From: an uncultured delta proteobacterium
GTDB lineage: Bacteria > Desulfobacterota > Binatia > UBA9968
DNA: 64,000 nt
Reading direction: 5' to 3'
Assembly (NCBI GenBank): GCA_963771465.1
Contig: CAVYTU010000015.1
Location: 224,001 to 288,000, forward strand
The notes below the pieces were generated by a model. That model searched no databases. It was not told where the DNA came from and saw nothing but the letters and a program-made list of their open reading frames with translations. Below, piece after piece: positions 1 to 9,643 of the stretch. A program made the translations under genes and the position numbers. Every line of letters begins with the position of its first letter. Within the stretch, counting starts at the first letter, position 1.

Positions 1-659
1 TTACCTTCGCCGATTATGTGCGTGGCTTCGCTGAGCGCCGAGAGCGGCTGCAACATGCGCCGGGTCAACAGTGTCGAAACGAAGAGTCCCAGCGCGAGTG
101 CCGCCAGCGCCACCGTGATGGTGATCGCATTCATGCGTTCCGCCGTGCGCTGCACGTCGTCGCTTTTGCGCACCATGGTGTCCTGATTTATGGCCAGGAT
201 TGCGTCGGCGGCCGATTTCACTTTGTAAAAGGACGATTCCAGGTCGGAGAAGTAGATTTGTTTTGCCTCTTCGCTGCTCGTGCTTTTTTGCAAACGCGCA
301 AATTTAGTTTGATAATCCATCCACGCGGCGCGCAGCCCCTCGGTGAACTCCTTCTCTCCCGACTCCGTAATATTCCCCGCTTGCACTTTCAACTCGGTTT
401 CGAAGATCGGCCGATTTTTTTCCACCTGCTCAAGCCCCTTTTGACGCTCGCCCGCGACACTAAACAGCGCACCGGTGTCCATGCGCTCGAGGGCTTCCTT
501 CATGCGCTGCGCTGCCAGCACGCTGCGATAATTGTCCTTCAAGATCGTTTGCGAATGCGATCCCAAATAGGAGATCGCCACCACTGAAAATATTCCCAGG
601 CTGGCCAGCGCCAGCGCGATCGGGCTTTGCGCCAGCAAGAGTTTTTTGTAGAAGTTCAT
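1..659 (-). CDS. Kdp-associated membrane sensor, probably a histidine kinase (TM, periplasmic helical bundle, TM, HAMP); runs off the window start
   Basis: Manual translation from ATG 659: MNFYKKLLLAQSPIALALASLGIFSVVAISYLGSHSQTILKDNYRSVLAAQRMKEALERMD...ITVALAALALGLFVSTLLTRRMLQPLSALSEATHIIGEG. Two TM segments followed by a HAMP start. Absent from the ORF track because it has no stop in the window. Confidence 0.8.
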   Translation of the reverse strand, partial: MNFYKKLLLAQSPIALALASLGIFSVVAISYLGSHSQTILKDNYRSVLAAQRMKEALERMDTGALFSVAGERQKGLEQVEKNRPIFETELKVQAGNITESGEKEFTEGLRAAWMDYQTKFARLQKSTSSEEAKQIYFSDLESSFYKVKSAADAILAINQDTMVRKSDDVQRTAERMNAITITVALAALALGLFVSTLLTRRMLQPLSALSEATHIIGEG

Positions 660-772
660 TCCTTGCCCTCCTGATCTTCCAATGACACGATGTGGAGATC
701 GAATCCGGCCGCCTCGGTAACCAGCTTAAAGACCGGCGGTTGACCCAACAAACGACGCCACCAGGGCTTGTG
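656..772 (-). pseudogene. kdpD: C-terminal remnant of a KdpD-type sensor (end of USP domain)
   Basis: Frame reads HKPWWRRLLGQPPVFKLVTEAAGFDLHIVSLEDQEGKE*, resembling the end of the KdpD USP domain. The stop overlaps the next ATG (ATGA). No upstream part is present. Confidence 0.7.
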
Positions 773-1118
773 CTAGGGTAAAACTCGCAGCGGTGTTAAA
801 CGTGAGCTCCGCGGGGACCGGTCCAAAATTCTGCGGATTCAACGGCAAGATATGTTGCAGCCGTTCGATACCATAGGTCACCAGCAACGTGATCGCGCTG
901 AACATCAGCATCGCCACGGTATATTGTTTCCAGTCCTGTCGCTGTTGCGGATCAACACCGCAAAGCTTGTAGATCATTCGCTCGATCGCGCCGAACAAGC
1001 GTGGCAGCGGTTGCCGGTCGCCTTCGAAAACACGATACATGTAACTGCCCAGCGGCTTGGTGATGGCGAAAATGACCGCCGCAAAGAGCAGAATCTGAAT
1101 CCATCCGTTGACTGTCAT
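726..1118 (-). pseudogene. kdpA: Truncated potassium-transporting ATPase subunit A (about 114 N-terminal residues)
   Basis: MTVNGWIQILLFAAVIFAITKPLGSYM...LQHILPLNPQNF...FNTAASFT is the KdpA N-terminus. Similarity stops just before the conserved TNTNWQ motif. Confidence 0.88.
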
Positions 1119-1200
1119 AACTTCTCCTGACTTCCCAGTCTTGAAAACCTAGTCAGAGAATCTTCGCTTAGCTGCAAAGCTTCTCGTTTCCACGCTCCCG

Positions 1201-1296
1201 TCAACCGCAAAACTTTGCCGACCAGAGAAGCGCGTAAACCAAATACACTAAAATGATTAACGACACGATCAAGCCAATAATATATTCCAGCCCCAT
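1201..1296 (-). CDS. kdpF: K+-transporting ATPase subunit F-like peptide (31 aa)
   Basis: MGLEYIIGLIVSLIILVYLVYALLWSAKFCG*. Has the YLVYALL..(E/A)KF pattern and lies immediately upstream of kdpA. Confidence 0.78.
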   Translation of the reverse strand: MGLEYIIGLIVSLIILVYLVYALLWSAKFCG

Positions 1297-1305
1297 AGTT
1301 ACCCC

Positions 1306-1389
1306 TTACAGACGATCACAGCCGCGCACATAGAGGCATGCGATTATGAAAAACCAAACAGTTACGACGATGAATAGAACGTCAGCCAT
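1306..1389 (-). CDS. Small membrane peptide upstream of kdpF (27 aa)
   Basis: MADVLFIVVTVWFFIIACLYVRGCDRL* with a GGAG RBS. Resembles the small ...YVRGC(D/E)RL peptides that precede kdpF in many bacteria. Confidence 0.7.
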   Translation of the reverse strand: MADVLFIVVTVWFFIIACLYVRGCDRL

Positions 1390-1429
1390 TTGATTACTCC
1401 TTGAATTGACTAATCCTATAGGTGGGTAG

Positions 1430-1446
1430 CGCAAGCGACATGCCAG
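1430..1446 (-). promoter_or_regulatory. Sigma-54 (-24/-12) promoter for the kdp operon
   Basis: Minus strand CTGGCATGTCGCTTGCG matches TGGCA(C)-N5-TTGC, about 40 nt upstream of the first kdp ORF. Confidence 0.7.
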
Positions 1447-1886
1447 TCTCCGCGCCGCGAAAACACAAAGCATTCAACCCAAGATCCTGCAACCGCCTGG
1501 CATTTCGCACGACGCCTGGTTGCGCGGATTGCAAAATGCAAATGTTAACGCTCGTCGCGCCGGAGGTTTGAATCAGCTGAAGATTTATGGCGACCGCCCG
1601 AAACTATCCGGAAGATGGAGTGAAATTACGATATCGCCGGGAACGAACGGAGGAGAAATTGAACGAGACTGCAAGGCTTTGAAGGGACCGGAAAGTGTCA
1701 GGTCGAAAACGACTCGGAACCGGAACTCCGCAGCCGCTGCGTTCTCTGCGCGCCTCAGCGGTAATAAATCCGAAACCGTTTCTCTGGAGAACAAATTCTC
1801 TATCAAATGCCAGCTTCAGATTGATAAGATGCCAGACCCCAAATGCCCCAGTTGACAAGCTCCAGGATTGTATGGATGATCGCGCC

Positions 1887-2198
1887 ATGTGCCGAAAGTT
1901 TGTCGCCGTCCTCGTCATCCTGGGCTGGGTCAGTCTTTCTTGCTTTGATGTCGTCGAGGATCTCGACGGGATTCCCGGCCAGGGCGCGGTATGGAGCAGT
2001 TCTTCGGGCGATAGCTCCACGGCAAAGCGAGGTGGCTGGGGACCTCTTGCTAACAACATTATTGAGTCGGCAAACGAGACGGAACAGACTGCTGTTGGTC
2101 CTATCAGCTTCACCCCAATCGCTTTTAAGTTCAATCGAGTTATCGATCTCCGGCGACACTTTCAACTGCACAAACTCTACCGAGTTTTTCTGATCTAA
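1887..2198 (+). CDS. Hypothetical exported protein (about 103 aa)
   Basis: Likely start MCRKFVAVLVILGWVSLSCFDVVEDLD (hydrophobic N-terminus) inside ORF 1695..2198. Ends HFQLHKLYRVFLI. Confidence 0.55.
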   Translation: MCRKFVAVLVILGWVSLSCFDVVEDLDGIPGQGAVWSSSSGDSSTAKRGGWGPLANNIIESANETEQTAVGPISFTPIAFKFNRVIDLRRHFQLHKLYRVFLI

Positions 2199-2318
2199 TC
2201 CCCGAGTCTCTTTCCCACAGTTTACCTCTTCGCAAGCGTTGGTGACCCCAACTCGCATGCGGCTTATTTTCGTTGGAACAGTCGGCTTGGGCCGAACTGC
2301 GTTGGAAAGGAACCCGTC

Positions 2319-2417
2319 ATGGAAGACTTCCCTATCTGGATGAAGCTCCTCATTTGGCTAATTATCGGCGGCACGGTGGCCTACGCGGCAGGCATGATGA
2401 TCTATTCTGCGATGTGA
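2319..2417 (+). CDS. Small single-TM peptide (32 aa)
   Basis: MEDFPIWMKLLIWLIIGGTVAYAAGMMIYSAM* preceded by the purine-rich RBS GGAAAGGAA. Confidence 0.55.
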   Translation: MEDFPIWMKLLIWLIIGGTVAYAAGMMIYSAM

Positions 2418-2526
2418 CAGGGTAAGTATGGGGTAGATCCGCGAGGGATATTGCAACAGGATGTCGGGGGACGACCGCGTGAATCAAATATGCCACGTTC
2501 TGATTAGTCGAAGTCCATTTCACATC

Positions 2527-2569
2527 TTTGGCCTCAGCATGGATTATTTTTGGCCTCAGCCTGGATTAT
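2527..2569. repeat. 22-bp-period tandem duplication
   Basis: TTTGGCCTCAGCATGGATTAT (2527-2547) and TTTGGCCTCAGCCTGGATTAT (2549-2569). Confidence 0.8.
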
Positions 2570-2638
2570 ATGGATGTCCTAATAATAATCGTCCTTATGG
2601 CAGTCGTATTCTATTCCATTTGGTTAATAGGGCGATGA
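2570..2638 (+). CDS. Possible small hydrophobic peptide (22 aa)
   Basis: MDVLIIIVLMAVVFYSIWLIGR*. Entirely TM-like, weak RBS. Confidence 0.35.
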   Translation: MDVLIIIVLMAVVFYSIWLIGR

Positions 2639-2708
2639 TCCGCACAAATGGACATTGAGGCGTTAAGATCGTGCAAAACGTATTCATCAGAGCAATCTAG
2701 GAGCGATT

Positions 2709-4004
2709 GTGTCCACAATAGCATTTGAAATCTCTGCTATTTTCCTGCTGCTAATCGCAAACGGCATATTCGCGATGTCCGAAATCGCTATAGTGACCGC
2801 TCGCAAGTCGCGACTACAGGAATTGGCCAACAATGGTAAGGCCAAGGCGCGAGCGGCTTTAGATCTCGCCAATAACCCAAATCGATTCCTGTCTACGGTG
2901 CAAGTCGGCATCACGCTTGTAGGTATTCTCGCGGGTGCCTTCGGCGGAGGCGCGATAAGGGAGTGGCTCGCGACACAGCTACACTCGATCCCAATTATTG
3001 CGCCCTACAGTCGATCTCTCGCGCTCGGTATCGTGGTCATAACCATAACCTACTTCTCCGTGATCGTCGGTGAACTAGTTCCCAAACGTCTCGCTCTCGG
3101 TCATCCCGAATCCATAGCGATGTTCATGGCTCCGGTTATGCGTCTCTTGCTCGCGGTCGGCGCTCCACTCGTTCATCTTTTTACTTTCTCGACCGACTTA
3201 GTATTTAGGCTGGTCGGCAAGCGCTTCGACGAACGAACGGTGGTGAGTGAAGAAGAAATCACAACTCTGCTTCAACAAGGGACCGAGGCAGGCGTATTCC
3301 ATGAAACGGAGCAGGAAATGGTCGAAGCCGTATTCCAGCTCGGCGATATGAGCGCGCGCGGCCTAATGACAACGCGAACTCAGATCATCTGGCTTGATCT
3401 GAATGACTCCGTCGAGGAGATTCGCGCAAAACTGTCCGATAGCGGCCATTCGAGGTTTCCGGTCTGCGAGGGCAGCCTGGACAATGTCGTTGGCATCGTG
3501 CAGGCAAAAGACTTATTAACGAATTTCCTGTCGGGGAAGAACGTCGAGCTTAAAGCAACCATGCAGCCAGCGGACTTCGCACCGAAAAGCATGACCGCCT
3601 TGCAACTGCTAGATCACATCAAAAAGACCAGCAGCCACATTGTCTTAGTCGTTGACGAATACGGCGGGACAGAGGGCTTATTGACGCACCATGATATCCT
3701 GGAAGCGATTGCCGGTGATATGCCGCTAGGCACGACTCCGATAGAACCAAAAGCCGTGCAACGTAAAGATGGTTCTTGGTTGCTCGATGGAATGCTGTCG
3801 GTCGAGGAGTTCAAGGAGCTTTTTCATATTGAGGACTTGCCGGGAGAAAAAAAAGACAGCTTCCAAACCTTAGGTGGTTTTCTTTTCACTCAGATGGGCC
3901 GCGTACCGTCAGTGGCCGAGAGCTTTGAATGGAACACCCTACGTTTCGAGATCGTTGATATGGATGGCAAGCGCATCGATAAGGTGCTCGTATCATCCCG
4001 ATGA
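2709..4004 (+). CDS. HlyC/CorC (TlyC, CNNM) family protein: DUF21, CBS pair, CorC_HlyC; Mg2+/Co2+ transport-related
   Basis: NGIFAMSEIAIVTARKSRL, STVQVGIT, GELVPKRLA, HSRFPV, VVDEYGGTEGL, TLGGF and DMDGKRIDKV motifs. Confidence 0.95.
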   Translation: MSTIAFEISAIFLLLIANGIFAMSEIAIVTARKSRLQELANNGKAKARAALDLANNPNRFLSTVQVGITLVGILAGAFGGGAIREWLATQLHSIPIIAPYSRSLALGIVVITITYFSVIVGELVPKRLALGHPESIAMFMAPVMRLLLAVGAPLVHLFTFSTDLVFRLVGKRFDERTVVSEEEITTLLQQGTEAGVFHETEQEMVEAVFQLGDMSARGLMTTRTQIIWLDLNDSVEEIRAKLSDSGHSRFPVCEGSLDNVVGIVQAKDLLTNFLSGKNVELKATMQPADFAPKSMTALQLLDHIKKTSSHIVLVVDEYGGTEGLLTHHDILEAIAGDMPLGTTPIEPKAVQRKDGSWLLDGMLSVEEFKELFHIEDLPGEKKDSFQTLGGFLFTQMGRVPSVAESFEWNTLRFEIVDMDGKRIDKVLVSSR

Positions 4005-4255
4005 AACAACGCTCGGAAGCTGTCAAGAAACATTTCAGTTGTTGAGAATCTATATCGGACAAGTTCTCAAACGAGTGTAATATGCCCATTATTACATTGT
4101 TCATGTATCCTGGGGCGCCGTAATAACATTAGTTCTGTTGTTCATAGTCATGTATGTGCTTTTGACGACCAAAGAAGACGACAACACGGATGACGAGGCG
4201 TGGGGATGAATGACACCAAGGCGCCCAACCTTATCAAGGAAATGGATGGAAAACA

Positions 4256-4498
4256 GTGGAAGAGCGAATCAAAACCGAGATCCCTGACGCGAACTTGTGG
4301 CTAGCAGTTATCGATCAAGCAATCGAGGACCTTTCGCAACCGAAGCTGCGCCAAGCGGCGGTGGACTGGTTCACGTCGACCGCACAGCGAGCCGGGAAGT
4401 TTTCGCTGGGCCTGCGATCACCTCGATCTGAACCCTTCGGCGGTATGGGCAGCGTTGAAGAAGGCAAAAGAGTTGGAAAAAACATTCGCCACGCTTGA
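4256..4498 (+). CDS. Small hypothetical protein, probably frameshifted
   Basis: LWLAVIDQAIEDL...AAVDWF continues plausibly as PGSFRWACDHLDLNPSAVWAALKK in another frame. Confidence 0.4.
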   Translation: MEERIKTEIPDANLWLAVIDQAIEDLSQPKLRQAAVDWFTSTAQRAGKFSLGLRSPRSEPFGGMGSVEEGKRVGKNIRHA

Positions 4499-4696
4499 AA
4501 GCGATTTCCTGCGCCATGGCTTAAATCAAACGACTGGTGAGTTGTCGCCGACGAGGGGGCAACGGTCTGCTTAGTAATGGCGTGAATACCTAGAACTTCA
4601 TAGACAATTTCTATTTTGTTGAGGAGAAAGGCCACGCCCCACAACCCCATACAAATCCTCTTTCGGACCTGGCGGTAGACTTGCTGCAGCGTGCTT

Positions 4697-5849
4697 TTAT
4701 GGGGAAGTGGTTGGCTTTCGCACCAACCGGGTCACTACAATGATGAAAACTCCCGTAAGAGCTAGGTTCAAGCGCCAAGCTTAGCGCGCCGATGGTCATA
4801 CTTTGCTGCACGGCTGATGAGTCGAGAATGTTCTGCTGGCGAAAGATTTCGAGTGAAACTAGTAGAACGCCAATGCCGACCTCGCCACGGGGGAACATTC
4901 CGACGCTGAGCGCCAAGCGTTCACGTAGAGTCGCTTCGTCTCTGTACGCCAACATCGGCACGCACTTCCCGATATTGCTTACGATTGTGATGAGAATTAC
5001 ATGGGTGAATACAGCTATGATGCTCATCCCACCTAATTGAATTGGCGGCAACGCCATGCCCGCGAGCAACATGAATCCGCCTTTGATGCTCCAGTCAGTA
5101 TGCCTGTGCGGCAGATTCATGAGCACTCGATTCGTGGCTCGTGGCGGAGTACTCCGCCGAGCCGTGCAGATGATCGGACTTGATCACGCAACCGAGCGCA
5201 AATGCCGGCACCAAAACTTCTAGGTGCAAATCAGTCACATAGTCAAAGGCGTAAGTCACGCCCCAGATTAAAAGCGCATAAATAACGATCCAGGCGTTGT
5301 CGTCGGCACCGGCAACCAGTGGATGCAGAAATAGGCGGCCGCCAGGAACAGAAACACGGCGAAAATCAGAATGAGCAGTTTGGGCTCAAATCCGATGAGC
5401 ATCATCTTGAGCGGAATCATCAAAAGCACCGTGTCGAGATCGTCGAAGATTGCCAACACGCGTGCTTTTTTGTAAACCCAGGTTGTAGCCAGCCCTGCAG
5501 CGGCAAGCATGGTAAATAAAATTCCCGCCGAAGTCGGCGAAGCAAACCTTCCGACTAGCAACGACTCATTGAAACCCAGGCCAAAGAACCACCAAAAATA
5601 AAGCGCGGCGCACAGCCAGGGCACCGCCGCTGCGGCCATGGCGATGCCGTAATCGACAGCGTACGAACCCAAGCGTGACTTGTCGATATCGAACTCCATG
5701 CCCACTTCGATCATGATGTAGGCGAGAAAAATCATCGTCAGAGTCGCGATGACGGTGTTGGACGATTGAACGATCGGCAACTGGGACAAAACCATGCCGG
5801 CAACCAGCAAAAGGCTGTAAGTGATAACTCTTCGCATAAAATACTCCAT
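4697..5849 (-). CDS. Cation:proton (Na+/H+) antiporter family protein, several frameshifts
   Basis: Fragments 5268..5849 (YIMIEVG, PTSAGILFTML, LAIFDDLDT) and 4611..5126 (SNIGKC, GMFPRGEVG). C-terminus NLALTGVFII...SP* lies in a third frame. Confidence 0.85.
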
Positions 5850-5959
5850 TGCTGAAGTGCGACGCGGGGTGCGCCGACTTCGTCACAGTCGTCCGGTCGA
5901 GCTCACGGCTCAGTGCCTATTATCAAAGGCATCGAGGCAGCAGTCGGACGATTCAAATT

Positions 5960-6303
5960 TTAGAAATCAGTAAACGGAGTCTTATACCGCGGAAAAGAAG
6001 GCGGCGAGCGGCTGATATCGCCGGCTACATTTGGCCAGCGACGAAGGTTCTGTTTGAAGTCGAACAACAGGAAAGATGCATGAACCGGTGGAGGATCTTC
6101 AGGAAATAATCCGATCCAGAGCGGCGAAGGTTGTGCGCTATGTTCCCCGTCTAAAACTTCGGCGTTTTGTAAACGACAAAGCCAGACGTCGATCCAAACT
6201 TCGTGGCGGGCCCATCGATGGTGCCAAGAAAAGCCAATAGAAATGTCAGCAATAAGAGACAGGTATGACAACGTCCGGCGCGGCGGACGATGATTCTTGT
6301 CAT
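5960..6303 (-). CDS. Putative leader-type protein with hydrophobic N-terminus and RSPP motif (frameshifted)
   Basis: ATG 6303 MTRIIVRRAGRCHTCLLLLTFLLAFLG; the overlapping frame ends ...AGDISRSPPSF. Same strand and just upstream of the antiporter. Confidence 0.35.
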
Positions 6304-6639
6304 GTAGGGTAAGCCAACATTTGAAAGACCGTATCTCAATTGTTAACGCATGCTGGTCGACAAAGCAACGCACGGCAGTGACGAGCGAAACGCAGACTCA
6401 ATGCCGATACTTCTACATGGCAGCACGATGGCACGATACAGCGCGCGCCAATGGCAGATTCAAATTCGCCACGAGAGAATCCGTTGGGTTGACAGACAGA
6501 GACATTCAACTGATCAGGAGCATCAGAGAATACCGCCATTCAGTTGAAGGATTCGGCGCCGTGTGAATTCACGACCTGATCTCCTGGTGTACAAGTAAGA
6601 GTTATTGTCTATAACAAAGGCAGCGAGGGTTAAGACCAT

Positions 6640-7018
6640 ATGCTGAGGATTTTTCTCGTTGGCGCCGGAGGATTTCTTGGCTCTATACTCCGTTACGCTG
6701 TTGGCGGTTGGGTACATAACCTATCGAACAACGCTTGGTTCCCTTATGGAACATTGGTAATCAACAGCGCGGGTTGTTTGTTGATTGGTTTCCTCTCGGG
6801 GCTGGCAGAAAATCGTTCAGTCTTCGGCCCTGAGGTCCGCCTATTCCTTTTTATCGGCGTGCTTGGAGGATTCACGACCTTCTCGTCGTTTTGCGTACGA
6901 AACCTTTTCGCTCTCGCGCGACACTCAAAATCTTGCTGCCGCGGTTAACATAGTTGCTCAGCTAATCCTCGGACTCGTGGGTGTGTGGTTCGGCAATACT
7001 TTAGCGCGTCTCATGTGA
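6640..7018 (+). CDS. crcB: Fluoride channel Fluc/CrcB (frameshift near 6890)
   Basis: LVGAGGFLGSILRY, FPYGTLVIN and GVLGGFTTFSSF, then AYETFSLSRD...GVWFG in the next frame. Confidence 0.93.
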
Positions 7019-7025
7019 GGTGAAT

Positions 7026-7376
7026 ATGGTACTTCCCAAAGAGGGATCTCTGCTGCGGATTTTTATCGGCGAGAGCGACAAACACGAAGGTATGGCTCTT
7101 TACGAATGGATCGTACGGAAAGCAAGGGAACGGGGACTGGCTGGAGCAACAGTTCTACGGGGCCTAGAAGGGTTTGGTGCACATAGCCGAATTCACACAG
7201 CGAAGATTCTACGTTTATCGACTGATCTCCCGATCGTTGTCGAGATCGTTGACAGCCTAGAAAATATCGAAGCGTTTCTTCCCGCAGTCGATGACGCTAT
7301 TCGAGAGGGATTGGCGACCCTGGAGAGAGTCCAAATTCGTTTCTACAGAAGTGGCACAGAGCAGACCGGTGTTTAA
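7026..7376 (+). CDS. DUF190 PII-like protein, usual crcB partner
   Basis: LLRIFIGESDKH, GLAGATVLRGLEGFG and LSTDLPIVVEIVD motifs. Confidence 0.92.
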   Translation: MVLPKEGSLLRIFIGESDKHEGMALYEWIVRKARERGLAGATVLRGLEGFGAHSRIHTAKILRLSTDLPIVVEIVDSLENIEAFLPAVDDAIREGLATLERVQIRFYRSGTEQTGV

Positions 7377-7441
7377 CGTGCATCCCACCATTGAAATCGC
7401 CAAAGTGAGAGGGAACGGACAATCCGCCAACGGCGGCAGCA

Positions 7442-8658
7442 TCAGCGGCGAAGCGGAATCAGCAGCAAACCGATAGTCGCCAGGACTGCGAGCGCGGCTC
7501 CGAAGAGAAACGGCGCGGCGGGACCGTACCAGTCCCACAAAAGTCCTGCGATAACGCTCGCCGGTAATGCCGCCACACCCAAGGCGGCGTTGAAAATGCC
7601 ATAGGCCGTGCCGCGAAGGCGCTCGGACACTAAGTCGGCTACCACTGCGCTGGAGGCGCCGAGAAAGGCGCCGTAGTAAAGGCCGTACCCTGCATAAAGA
7701 ACCCATATGTGCCAACGTTCCGACGCGAAGGCAAAGCCGAGATAGATCACTGCATAGATCAGCCAGCCGGCAATTATTAATCCGCGCCTGCCAAAAGTAT
7801 CAGAAAGCGTGCCTCCCTTTGTCGAGGTCAGAGCGACGACTAAGCTGAATGCGGCGACGACCAGAAATATTTCAATGGTGGAAAACCCCACTGTCTGGGC
7901 TCGGAGCATCAGGAAAGCATCGCTCGAGTTGCCGAGCATGAATAAAGTCAGGACGGCAATGAAAGCCCAGAACCGGCCGTCCATTTCAGACCAGATCAAA
8001 GCCGGAGAGCTTTTGGTGGGAGCCTCTGGGTCGTTCCTCCACCCACCAGGCCATCACACCGATCGCCGCCAAACCAGGCAACACCGCAAGAAGCACAAGC
8101 CATTCGATAACTCTCTCGCGTAAGGGTGAGCGTGTCTTGCTGCGTCAGGTAAAGCACGGCGGCAGCCACGATAAGGCCGAGAAAGCCGCCGGTTTTGTCC
8201 ATCGCTTTGTTAAAACCAAATGCCCGGCCGCGTAACTCCGGCGGTGTGATGTCGGCGATCAAAGCATCGCGCGGCGCCGAGCGGATGCCTTTACCGATCC
8301 GATCGAGAAAACGCACGGCAAGCACGAGGCTCCAGGATGTGGCGAGGAAGAGAAGCGGTTTGGTAAGGTTGGAAAAACCATAACCCCACAGGGCCAAGGC
8401 TTTCTTACGGCCGGTGCGGTCGGCAAGGTATCCTGAGGCAAGTTTCAGAAGACTCGCGGTGCTCTCAGCAATTCCCTCGATGAGGCCGATGATTCCGATC
8501 CTGACGCCCAAAACGTTGGCGAGAAAAAGCGGCAACGTGCGTACGGCAACTTCACTGGAGAAATCGTTGAGCAGCGAAACCACGCCTAACGCGCGTACCG
8601 TAGGGTCAAGCGGCACTACTTTTAAGTGATCATCGTGCGCTGTTACGGTTTCTGACAC
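7442..8658 (-). CDS. MFS transporter (frameshifted near 8000-8100)
   Basis: LGVVSLLNDFSSE, GYLADRTGRKK and DRIGKGIRSAPRDALIAD in 7996..8757; LGNSSDAFL and GTLSDTFGRR in 7442..7999. Start approximate. Confidence 0.9.
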
Positions 8659-8853
8659 GGCTTCAGATATATAAGATCTGTCACGGCATGAGAAGCACCT
8701 CGATGAGTAATGGTTCAGTTTGACTCGAATTTGCGCGCACGATTGATCACCGCCCAATGCGACCGATCACTGAGTGGCATAGCGAAGATGGGTGGCAGTT
8801 CGTCTTCAATCCAGGCGATTCAAGAACGCGGGATAAAGGAAATGAAATAAGGC

Positions 8854-9252
8854 TTAGAACTCCCCAAGCTGTTTTCTGACAATGCATTCATTACAAATCG
8901 CGGAATTATCCGGCGGGACTTGGGTCGAGACGTAATCGTTCATTGGCCACTGAGAGCAAGCCGAGAAGCGGTGCCAAGTATCACCAGTCTTGGTTTTTCG
9001 ATATTCGCCGCCGATTACCGAAATTAGCGCTTTCTCTATGTAGGGAGCCGCTTGGGGATAGAATTGGTTTGCGCGTTCAAGGATGAGTTTCGCGTCGTCA
9101 ATTTCGCAGAGCATTTCTACAATAGAGGAATTAACCGTGGTCGATCTCTTTGAAGTTGTCAGGACGGTATAACCACGTGTTGATAACGGGAACCTACCCA
9201 GAAAATCTTTATAGATGTCTAACGGCATTTTTACGAGTACAACCATAACCAA
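8854..9252 (-). CDS. Hypothetical protein with C-terminal Cys/His (zinc-finger-like) module
   Basis: 132-aa ORF ending YRKTKTGDTWHRFSACSQWP...ICNEC. Confidence 0.6.
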   Translation of the reverse strand: MVMVVLVKMPLDIYKDFLGRFPLSTRGYTVLTTSKRSTTVNSSIVEMLCEIDDAKLILERANQFYPQAAPYIEKALISVIGGEYRKTKTGDTWHRFSACSQWPMNDYVSTQVPPDNSAICNECIVRKQLGEF

Positions 9253-9643
9253 AACTTATAGCAGCGAATCAATCTTTTAGCGATCTTGGCGGTATCTGCT
9301 AGCGAATAACTAAAGCAGATGCGATAAGTCCAAGTGGCTAATTTCTTCGATGGGCCGTTTCAAATGGAAAGCGAGAAGCTGGCCTACTAGCTTGCAGAAA
9401 GAGTGATTCGTCAAACATCAAAGAACCGAGCTAGCGCTCGCCATCGTAGTCTATGACCAGAAAACACCTGCTCGATACCATAGGATTAAAATGCACAGAG
9501 GTAGAATGGGCGACTTCGCCCATCTCCAGCTTTGAATATTCGACGGTCATGCGGCCAAGAGCGAGGAGGTGATCATCTTTTGTTTCCATTGTAGTTTACC
9601 GACTGATTAGTAGAACAAGTTTGCCCACGCGAATTTCAATCGG

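Noticed and set aside
18-587. 189-aa plus-strand ORF
   Set aside because: Antisense shadow of the minus-strand sensor gene; no protein-like features.
5850-6640. Fluoride riboswitch upstream of crcB or the antiporter
   Set aside because: I could not find the GATG...AAAC...GCTRATGAC-type core on either strand by eye; an Infernal scan with the crcB model would settle it.
9506-9523. Perfect hairpin ATGGGCGA-CT-TCGCCCAT
   Set aside because: Isolated, with no T tract or second copy seen; no function can be assigned.
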